Positions 1-7,539 of a stretch of 64,000 bases of DNA are shown one piece after another. The notes beneath the pieces were generated by a model, which worked only from the letters and a program-made list of their open reading frames with translations, ran no database searches and had not been told where the DNA came from. This DNA is from Paraspadella gotoi. Lineage: Eukaryota; Animalia; Chaetognatha. A program made the position numbers and the translations under genes. Within the stretch, counting starts at the first letter, position 1, and each line of letters begins with the position of its first letter. The stretch covers positions 765,756 through 829,755 of the forward strand of contig CM119263.1 in assembly GCA_051294375.1 (NCBI GenBank), written 5' to 3'.

Positions 1-449
1 GAAGATGACAGTAAATTTTTTACAACATGTTTTTATATTTTTGATTCAACTTTTATATGAAGAATCTGAATCTTTAATAAAAGTTAAAAAAATTTTTTTT
101 AAAAATTTACTATTTTATAAGAATATTACTACAAATATATTGTATTTTATATTCTGTTCCCGAAGTAAATACGAAAAAAATATTTTTTGTACTAGTTAAT
201 CATACTATCTTACATTTAAATATCCTTGTTTCCATCATTCAAATAATTTTTTTTGTTTCTGAGTGCTCCACTCTAGTGAATATACCGCCTCAACTGAATA
301 TATTTGATTAGCACAGAAACATGACAATATCTTACATAAATAATATATATAATAAATAATATATAATATAATATATAATTTTAATAAATGTTATAAAATG
401 AAATTGGTACAACCAATATAAAAATTATCCATTCATTTAATAAATAAGC

Positions 450-514
450 TATCTTGCCCCTGACTTTGGACAGGCTTTGTGGTGGTTTAAGGCCTCCATC
501 ACTCTTACAAGATA
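450..514 (-). ncRNA. Twister ribozyme (type P5), family C
   Basis: Same motif as 1100-1162, with a small insertion in the linker before P4. Confidence 0.7.
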
Positions 515-775
515 ATGACATAGCAGGTCCCTGCAAGATTTCAATCAAGACTCTCTCACAGTCTTGTTTATTCACTCCCAGAGTACCTGGCTTCCCTATC
601 AATGAAGTGGAAAATATTTCAAAGAATGTTTAAATTGTATGAAAAGACCACTCCCTTAAGTATTAGATCGGGGAATACTTATTGTACTCCGCACTAGCAT
701 CAAAATACAAGGAGCTGAATTTTATGAAATTGGTACAACCAATATAAAAATTATCCATTCATTTAATAAATAAAC

Positions 776-838
776 TATCTTGGCCCCTGACTTTGGACAG
801 GCTTTGGTGGTTTAAGCCTCCATCACTCTTACAAGATA
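776..838 (-). ncRNA. Twister ribozyme (type P5), family C
   Basis: Same motif as 1100-1162, with 1-nt indels that are probably read errors. Confidence 0.65.
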
Positions 839-1099
839 ATGACATAGCAGGTCCCTGCATGATTTCAATCAAGACTCTCTCAAGTCTTGTTTATTCACTC
901 CCAGAGTAACTGGCTTCCCTATCAATGAAGTGGAAAATATTTTCAAAGAATGTTTAAATTGTATGAAAAGACCACTCCCTTAAGTATTAGATCGGGGAAT
1001 ACTTATTGTACTCCGCACTAGCATCAAAATACAAGGAGCTGAATTTTATGAAATTGGTACAACCAATATAAAAATTATCCATTCATTTAATAAATAAGC

Positions 1100-1162
1100 T
1101 ATCTTGCCCCTGACTTTGGACAGGCTTTGGTGGTTTAAGGCCTCCATCACTCTTACAAGATA
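1100..1162 (-). ncRNA. Twister ribozyme (type P5), family C
   Basis: Minus strand reads UAUCUUGU-AA-GAGU-GA-UGGA-GGCCU-UAA-ACC-ACC-AAAG-CCUG-UCCAAAGU-CAGG-GG-CAAGAUA. P5 UAUCUUGU/GCAAGAUA, P4 CCUG/CAGG, T1 UGGA/UCCA, T2 AC/GU. Predicted cleavage U1137/A1136. Confidence 0.8.
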
Positions 1163-1614
1163 ATGACATAGCAGGTCCCTGCAAGATTTCAATCAAGACT
1201 CTCTCACAGTCTTGTTTATTCACTCCCAGAGTACCTGGCTTCCCTATCAATGAAGTGGAAAATATTTCAGAGAATGTTTAAATTGTATGAAAAGACTTAT
1301 AATAATGAAACAAATAATTTTGCAATTTTCATAGATTAAGACTTCGATAAAGTTGATACTATGGTGGGCTAAAATCCACCAACCGTTCATCAGCGGCCAT
1401 TGGTGCCGGAGGCAAGTCATTCGCCTCCCAACCCAAAGGTCGCACTTTCCACCAACAACAATTCACTGAAGAGACGCAACAGATTTCTCCCTATAGGAGG
1501 GGGGATGTATGGTGGACTAAAATCCACCAACCGTTCATCAGCAGCCATTGGTGCCGGAGGCAAGTCATTCGCCTCCCAACCCAAAGGTCCGGGGTTCTAG
1601 CCCGGTGGCCGCCT

Positions 1615-1689
1615 AGCAGTTAAGAGGGACGGGCGCTTAACCCGCCTGTAACATTGTTTTACAGCCTGATCCGAAGCTCAGGGACTGCT
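1615..1689 (+). ncRNA. Twister ribozyme (type P5), family A
   Basis: P5 AGCAGUU/GACUGCU, UAA-CCC-GCC, P3 UGUAA/UUACA, P4 CCUGA/UCAGG with loop UCCGAAGC. Confidence 0.75.
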
Positions 1690-2023
1690 TATATTGAACG
1701 GTTCTGTCATTAACATATAACAATAATTGCTGTCTCTTCATTGGTGAGCCCGACTTCCGAACACAACAGCAACAACACTTTCAGGCAACAAGCCTCAACC
1801 TGGCGATGCACTTTCCGCCAACAACTCATCAGGCGACATGCCTCAGCTTGGTGACGCACTTTCCAACAACAATTCACTGAGAGACGCAACAGATTTCTCC
1901 CTACGGAGGGGGGATGTATGGTGGACTAAAATCCACCAACCATTCATCACGCGCCATTAGTGCCGGAGGCAAGTCATTCGCCTCCCAACCCAAAGGTCCG
2001 GGGTTCTAGCCCGGTGGCCGCCT

Positions 2024-2099
2024 AGCAGTTAAGAGGGACGGGGCGCTTAACCCGCCTGTAACATGGTGTTACAGCCTGATCCAAAGCTCAGGGACTGCT
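2024..2099 (+). ncRNA. Twister ribozyme (type P5), family A
   Basis: Same fold; L4 is UCCAAAGC, giving one mismatch in pseudoknot T1. Confidence 0.72.
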
Positions 2100-2138
2100 T
2101 ATATTGAACAGTTNNNNNNNNNNNNNNNNNNNNNNNNN

Positions 2139-3009
2139 ATTATCCATTCATTTAATAAATAAGCTATCTTGCCCCTGACTTTGGACAGGCTTTGGTGGTT
2201 TAAGGCCTCCATCACTCTTACAAGATAATGACATAGCAGGTCCCTGCAAGATTTCAATCAAGACTCTCTCACAGTCTTGTTTATTCACTCCCAGAGTACC
2301 TGGCTTCCCTATCAATGAAGTGGAAAATATTTCAAAGAATGTTTAAATTGTATGAAAAGACCACTCCCTTAAGTATTAGATCGGGGAATACTTATTGTAC
2401 TCCGCACTAGCATCAAAATACAAGGAGCTGAATTTTATGAAATTGGTACAACCAATATAAAAATTATCCATTCATTTAATAAATAAACTATCTTGCCCCT
2501 GACTTTGGACAGGCTTTGGTGGTTTAAGGCCTCCATCACTCTTACAAGATAATGACATAGCAGGTCCCTGCATGATTTCAATCAAGACTCTCTCACAGTC
2601 TTGTTTATTCACTCCCAGAGTAACTGGCTTCCCTATCAATGAAGTGGAAAATATTTCAAAGAATGTTTAAATTGTATGAAAAGACCACTCCCTTAAGTAT
2701 TAGATCGGGGAATACTTATTGTACTCCGCACTAGCATCAAAATACAAGGAGCTGAATTTTATGAAATTGGTACAACCAATATAAAAATTATCCATTCATT
2801 TAATAAATAAGCTATCTTGCCCCTGACTTTGGACAGGCTTTGGTGGTTTAAGGCCTCCATCACTCTTACAAGATAATGACATAGCAGGTCCCTGCAAGAT
2901 TTCAATCAAGACTCTCTCACAGTCTTGTTTATTCACTCCCAGAGTACCTGGCTTCCCTATCAATGAAGTGGAAAATATTTCAGAGAATGTTTAAATTGTA
3001 TGAAAAGAC
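2139..3009 (-). mobile_element. Family C tandem repeat (assembly duplicate of 399-1296); twisters at 2165-2227, 2489-2551 and 2813-2875
   Basis: Near-identical to 422-1296; period 324 bp (2438 to 2762). Confidence 0.72.
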
Positions 3010-3327
3010 TTATAATAATGAAACAAATAATTTTGCAATTTTCATAGATTAAGACTTCGATAAAGTTGATACTATGGTGGGCTAAAATCCACCAACCGTT
3101 CATCAGCGGCCATTGGTGCCGGAGGCAAGTCATTCGCCTCCCAACCCAAAGGTCGCACTTTCCACCAACAACAATTCACTGAAGAGACGCAACAGATTTC
3201 TCCCTATAGGAGGGGGGATGTATGGTGGACTAAAATCCACCAACCGTTCATCAGCAGCCATTGGTGCCGGAGGCAAGTCATTCGCCTCCCAACCCAAAGG
3301 TCCGGGGTTCTAGCCCGGTGGCCGCCT

Positions 3328-3403
3328 AGCAGTTAAGAGGGACGGGGCGCTTAACCCGCCTGTAACATTGTTTTACAGCCTGATCCGAAGCTCAGGGACT
3401 GCT
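3328..3403 (+). ncRNA. Twister ribozyme (type P5) in family A LTR
   Basis: AGCAGUU-AA-GAGG-GA-CGGG-GCGCU-UAA-CCC-GCC-UGUAA...UUACA-G-CCUGA-UCCGAAGC-UCAGG-GACUGCU. T1 CGGG/UCCG. Predicted cleavage U3352/A3353. Confidence 0.82.
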
Positions 3404-3455
3404 TATATTGAACGGTTCTGTCATTAACATATAACAATAATTGCTGTCTCTTCAT

Positions 3456-3468
3456 TGGTGAGCCCGAC
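3456..3468 (+). promoter_or_regulatory. Primer-binding site, tRNA-Trp-like (TGGTGAGCCCGAC)
   Basis: Starts 1 nt after the LTR end; resembles the tRNA-Trp PBS TGGTGACCCCGACGTGAT. Confidence 0.75.
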
Positions 3469-3669
3469 TTCCGAACACAACAGCAACAACACTTTCAGGC
3501 AACAAGCCTCAACCTGGCGATGCACTTTCCGCCAACAACTCATCAGGCGACATGCCTCAGCTTGGTGACGCACTTTCCACCAACAACAATTCACTGAAGA
3601 GACGCAACAGATTTCTCCCTACGGGAGGGGGGGATGTATGGTGGACTAAAATCCACCAACCATTCATCA

Positions 3670-3741
3670 GCGGCCATTAGTGCCGGAGGCAAGTCATTCG
3701 CCTCCCAACCCAAAGGTCCGGGGTTCTAGCCCGGTGGCCGC
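3670..3741 (+). promoter_or_regulatory. tRNA-like module (Pol III A/B-box candidate) inside family A LTR; also at 3254-3325
   Basis: 72 nt closed by GCGGCCA/TGGCCGC; tRNA-Gly(CCC)-like TTCGCCTCCCA; B-box-like GGTTCTAGCCC in a CCGGG/CCCGG stem. Confidence 0.6.
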
Positions 3742-3743
3742 CT

Positions 3744-3819
3744 AGCAGTTAAGAGGGACGGGGCGCTTAACCCGCCTGTAACATGGTGTTACAGCCTGAT
3801 CCAAAGCTCAGGGACTGCT
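3744..3819 (+). ncRNA. Twister ribozyme (type P5) in family A 3' LTR
   Basis: Same fold as 3328-3403; P3 UGUAACA/UGUUACA. Predicted cleavage U3768/A3769. Confidence 0.78.
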
Positions 3820-4183
3820 TATATTGAACAGTTCTGTCATTAACATATAACAATAATTACTGTCTCTTCAATACAAAAATAAAAATGAAGCGCTAATGAA
3901 AATTTAATATCTCTCAAAAAGTCTTTTTTGCCGGTTCGTGTAATTCAAGGAAATAAAGAACGTTTAAATTCATTTACAAAGTGATCCTACCTAATGTTAT
4001 TCTGACCGGATCCCTGCATTTTAGTTATTCCGTTTCGTTCGTCTGGAAAATTACAATCAATGTACTTATATCATCAAACGGTTTGACGTCCGAGTTCATG
4101 TTTAAATGAAAATCGGTGTATTTTTAGCTTTGTAATTTTTTTTGGATTTTCATTTGTTACATCGCAGGACGAGAAAAACTCAC

Positions 4184-4291
4184 CCGATTTGGTTGCCTTG
4201 GCGACGAGGACGCTTCTCGAAGATTTAAAGTCAACCACTCGGATTTGTCGTTTCTCTTGTCTCGCTCTGCACTGATCTTCAGAGAGCAAGC
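4184..4291 (-). CDS. EcR: NR1H/EcR-like nuclear receptor, T-box/hinge exon (copy 1)
   Basis: AG acceptor at 4293-4292 and GTGAGT donor at 4183. Splices in phase to give GMREEC-LLSEDQCRARQEKRQ, matching the NR1H post-DBD motif. Confidence 0.8.
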
Positions 4292-4364
4292 CTTTGATCA
4301 AAAGAATCACTCGGCTAAATATTTCTCACACTTATATCACGATGAAGTCACTCCGAATACTCAC

Positions 4365-4667
4365 ATTCTTCCCTCATGCCAACTTCCCGACACTTTTGCA
4401 AGCGACACGCCTGACACTTTCGCCGCAGCCACATGTCCATCTGCGAGATGCAGCGGCCGCCATATTTGCAGCGGTAGGACTTGTCTGCACCGCGGGTGAT
4501 TGAGCGGCGGAAGAAGCCTTTGCAGCCTTCGCAGGAGAGGGCGTTGTAGTGATACCCGGAGGCGCGGTCTCCGCAGATCAGGCACAGCTCTTCCTCGCCT
4601 TTCGTCGTCCCGTGTTTTCCCAAAGCAGCGCGACCTTTCTTTGAGCTGACGACGAACTTACTCGGAT
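4365..4667 (-). CDS. EcR: NR1H/EcR-like nuclear receptor, C4 zinc-finger DNA-binding-domain exon (copy 1)
   Basis: KKG...[34 protein letters not shown]...CKYGGRC...[24 protein letters not shown] acceptor, GTGAGT donor, 303 nt, phase 1-1. Confidence 0.92.
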
Positions 4668-5001
4668 CTAGGAATCGAAAATTAAGTTTAAGGTTGAAAT
4701 GAGATGAATTTATTATAAATATGAATTTAAATATGAATTTAAAATAAAAAGAAATTAAGATATAAACGCATAAAAGCTATTTTAAATTACTTAGTTAGTA
4801 TTTTTATTATTTAAAATTATGATGTTTTATCAGTAAAATTTAGCAAAACTAGTAAAATTACGAAATGATAAAAAACGATAATGATTTTGTAATTTTTGAT
4901 TCATTTATTATGAATTTTTTTAAAATTTGTAATTATAACATATATTCTGGTGGTCCTATCACCACAGATGGATTAAAGCTGTTTCTCTCGCAGCGCCTCA
5001 G

Positions 5002-5052
5002 TGGCTCAGTGGACTAATGCACCATCCCAATGTGCGTCCCTGGTTCGAGCCC
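5002..5052 (+). promoter_or_regulatory. Pol III type-2 internal promoter candidate (A box TGGCTCAGTGG, B box GGTTCGAGCCC) in family B LTR
   Basis: Near-consensus A and B boxes with tRNA-like spacing, flanked by a GCCTCAG/CTGAGGT acceptor-like stem; repeated in the 3' LTR. Confidence 0.72.
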
Positions 5053-5060
5053 TGAGGTTG

Positions 5061-5141
5061 TCATGTAGAAAGTGGGATGGACCGGGTAACCCGCCTGTAG
5101 GCATGGGCCTACTGCCAGATCCAAAGCTCTGGACTACATGA
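5061..5141 (+). ncRNA. Twister ribozyme (type P5) in family B 5' LTR
   Basis: P5 UCAUGUAG/CUACAUGA; GUGG-GA-UGGA-CCGGG-UAA-CCC-GCC; P3 GUAGGC/GCCUAC; P4 CCAGA/UCUGG with loop UCCAAAGC; T1 UGGA/UCCA. Predicted cleavage U5087/A5088. Confidence 0.85.
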
Positions 5142-5213
5142 ACATGCTGTCTCGCTGTCGCCACGAGGTGACACCGCTGCGGGTGTGGCGCCCTGTAAAA
5201 CCAGCCTCTTCAA

Positions 5214-5245
5214 TGGTGAGCCCGACGTGATATGAACACGCAACC
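5214..5245 (+). promoter_or_regulatory. Extended tRNA-Trp primer-binding site
   Basis: TGGTGAGCCCGACGTGAT-A-TGAACACGCAACC versus the reverse complement of the metazoan tRNA-Trp 3' end as I recall it, TGGTGACCCCGACGTGAT-T-TGAACACGCAACC. Confidence 0.85.
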
Positions 5246-5514
5246 CGGGCATGATAATACTCCTCTGCCCTTGATGTGGTTTGAGCTACGCAGCTGCCAC
5301 TCAAAGCAAGGCCACCAGAATGAAGAGAGGTTCAGCGGAGAGACATGCGCTTCATCCCCCTGCTTCGTACTCTCATATGCGAGAGTCCTGGGGCGGCTGT
5401 CTGGTGGTCCTATCACCACAGATGGATTAAAGCTGTTTCTCTCGCAGTGCCTCAGTGGCTCAGTGGACTAATGCACCATCCCAATGTGCGTCCCTGGTTC
5501 GAGCCCTGAGGTTG

Positions 5515-5595
5515 TCATGTAGAAAGTGGGATGGACCGGGTAACCCGCCTGTAGGCATGGGCCTACTGCCAGATCCAAAGCTCTGGACTACATGA
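5515..5595 (+). ncRNA. Twister ribozyme (type P5) in family B 3' LTR
   Basis: Identical to 5061-5141. Predicted cleavage U5541/A5542. Confidence 0.85.
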
Positions 5596-5883
5596 ACATG
5601 CTGTCTCGCTGTCGCCACGAGGTGACACCGCTGCGGGTGTGGCGCCCTGTAAAACCAGCCTCTTCAATATCTAAATTTTTTTTTTAGCTATCAAAATTCA
5701 AAACTCGTAAATAAAATGACTTAATTCCAATTGGATCATTGTGGACTCAAAAAAAAAAGTAGTAAACAGAGAAAAGAATTTCATTGCAGAAAGTTTTATA
5801 TAGCAATTCCCTGTCTCTTTACTTAAATGATAGTAAATAAATGTTAAAATCGTGATACGGGAATTCCTCTTCACCGCCCTTAC

Positions 5884-6033
5884 CCAACGACTGCGTGGGA
5901 GCGAGGGTGTGGCAAGCTTCCGCTCCGCAGTCCGCCTTAAATCCGGCGCCGGCAAAGTGAACGAGTTGGGAAGATGGCGCCTCACGTGAGAAGGGAAATC
6001 CCGGTTCCATCGCCGCGTCGTGGGACGGACTCT
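5884..6033 (-). CDS. EcR: NR1H/EcR-like receptor, A/B-region exon (copy 1)
   Basis: CTCACAG acceptor and GTAAGG donor; 150 nt, open, phase 1-1, compatible with both neighbouring exons (ESPSHDAAMEPGF...TQSL). Confidence 0.65.
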
Positions 6034-6122
6034 CTGTGAGAAAAGAATCGGGAATGAGTCATTTCTAAGAAATCATTTCGAATTTTTCAGAATTCGTGGC
6101 GGAAAAGAAAAAAAGGTCGTAC

Positions 6123-6980
6123 CTTCGAAGGAATATTTCAAAGACTCGTTGCTGTAGAGGCATCCGTAATAAAAATAATCGGATGATTGCTGATCTTGCT
6201 GATGTTGTTGTTGAAGCAAGTGGCGTTGATGCTGAAGCTGCAGGAGTGCCTCGTCGGACAGAGTCGCAGCATCGAAGGTCTCTCGAAGATGCGTTGCTTC
6301 CATCGAGTAAGAGTCGATCTCGTGCTTTATGCTCGGCTGCCCTCGTCGCGCCTGTCGGGCTGTCCATCAGGCCGCCCGACGTGCCCAGTGGCTTGCCCGC
6401 TGGGCGTGCTCTCGAAGCGACCCGCCGGGCAGTCCGACCGAGAGGGCAATTGTTCTTCCGGAGATGGAAACGCGGCTTCAAGAGGAGGATAACCGGAAGC
6501 GAGGGTAGACGATTCCATATGAAGTCTGTGATTGTGATTATGATTGTGATGATTGTGATGATGAAGATGATGATGATCGTCCCAAGCGACTCCATCGTAG
6601 GGCAAGACTTGTGATTCTGTCTGTCGTGATTCGACATGGAATGGTTCCATCGGATGTGAATCGACTGGTAAGGGGAGGAGGAGGCGAAGATGGTAGGCGA
6701 GTGAAAGGAGGAGGTCGTGGAAGGAACCGGCGTCAACGCCGCTCCCAGGGACACGGCGTCTCTTTCCTCCAGCGCCGGTGGGCGCGCCGCTCTGCCGCAC
6801 GGCAGCGAAGCAGACGCCGCAGCCTCGCAGGAGAGAGGAGAAGAGACGCCGTAATAAGAGACGCCGTGAGCGCCGCCGACGCCGTCAGCGCCGTGAGCGC
6901 CGTGGACGCCGTGGACGCCGCCGACGCCGAGGGAAACGCCGATCGGGTAGAGAGATTCCGAGTAGTCATGGAGAGTGGCG
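6123..6980 (-). CDS. EcR: NR1H/EcR-like receptor, large His/Gln-rich A/B exon (copy 1, two 1-nt deletions)
   Basis: (CT)n-CACAG acceptor and GTACGA donor. Frame broken near 6340 and 6667 relative to the open copy 2. Confidence 0.55.
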
Positions 6981-6981
6981 C

Positions 6982-7083
<102 letters not shown>

Positions 7084-7180
7084 AAGTAATTTAATGTTGT
7101 AATGTTATAATGTTCTTTTGATATAAAGTTATTTTTTAAAAGACATCAATACGTCATCAACGACCATCACACAAAAAGAC

Positions 7181-7539
7181 CTGATTCCATTCTCATGATA
7201 AGATTCCATCTTGCAAGGCTCCTCCTCTGCCCCCTGCCGTCCAATCAGCGAGTAAGTTTGATCGACGGGCGACATTCCCGACGGAAGGTGGGATTCGCCG
7301 AGAATCGACGACGACTGGCAAGAGGGTAAGTTAATCTCGGTCTGGCACTGAGCCGGATGGCACGGCGCCGTATGGCACGGCGCAGCTTCCGGCGACTTGT
7401 CGGCGTCGTCGTCTCCGTAGCGCCATCGCCGCATTCCGGCGTGACGTCGGATTTGGCGTCGGTAACGTCGGCGCCGGAGAAAGACTCCAATCGCGGCGTC
7501 AAAATCAACGCCGAAAAATCGAGATTCGACGGCGCTCAT
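7181..7539 (-). CDS. EcR: Putative first coding exon of the NR1H/EcR-like gene (copy 1)
   Basis: ATG-started GC-rich ORF ending in a weak CAG/GTCTTT donor in phase 2, which matches the next acceptor. Confidence 0.4.

Larger units (their letters stand above)
399..1296 (-). mobile_element. Family C twister-bearing tandem repeat: three ~248-bp repeats separated by two ~76-bp spacers (period ~324 bp); candidate retrozyme
   Basis: Units start at 399, 725 and 1049 (TGAAATTGGTAC). On the minus strand each repeat ends ...AATTTCA, and each spacer ends AAGGGAG-TG just before the next repeat. Each unit carries a twister fold. Confidence 0.75.
1360..2113 (+). mobile_element. Family A miniature LTR element (TRIM-like twister retrozyme), truncated by the N gap; duplicate of 3073-3870
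   Basis: Deleted LTR from 1360, LTR 1508-1740, PBS TGGTGAGCCCGAC 1742-1754, purine tract, then LTR from 1917 to the gap. Confidence 0.8.
3073..3870 (+). mobile_element. Family A miniature LTR element with three LTRs (deleted LTR 3073-3154, LTR 3221-3454, LTR 3637-3870); TSD ATAC
   Basis: 234-bp direct repeats ending CTCTTCA; PBS 3456-3468; PPT GGGAGGGGGGGA 3623-3634; ATAC at 3069-3072 and 3871-3874; no recognisable coding capacity. Confidence 0.88.
4946..5666 (+). mobile_element. Family B miniature LTR element (TRIM-like twister retrozyme): LTRs 4946-5212 and 5400-5666; TSD ATAT
   Basis: 267-bp LTRs in which I see one substitution; both end CTCTTCA. PBS at 5214, G-rich tract at 5390-5397, ATAT at 4942-4945 and 5667-5670. 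Intronic and antisense to the receptor. Confidence 0.9.

Noticed and set aside
256-322. Stem TGTTTCTG..GTGCT/AGCACAGAAACA as another ribozyme
   Set aside because: No twister, hammerhead or HDV core recognised in the loop.
1400-1600. Short ORFs within the repeat elements (also 5210-5471 and 381-602)
   Set aside because: No gag or pol motifs; they are by-products of structured non-coding repeats.
3594-3602. CTGAAGA in the family A internal region as a hammerhead core
   Set aside because: No following stem II and GAAA; family B lacks the C, and the segment is explained by pairing with CTCTTCA.
3670-3741. Functional tRNA-Gly gene
   Set aside because: D and anticodon arms pair poorly, and it lies within an LTR repeat; treated as a tRNA-derived module.
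399-3870. CRISPR array
   Set aside because: Repeats are hundreds of bp with identical spacers, in a eukaryotic context with no cas genes.
6123-6980. Copy 1 as a pseudogene
   Set aside because: Only homopolymer 1-nt deletions, in a segment that looks like an assembly patch.
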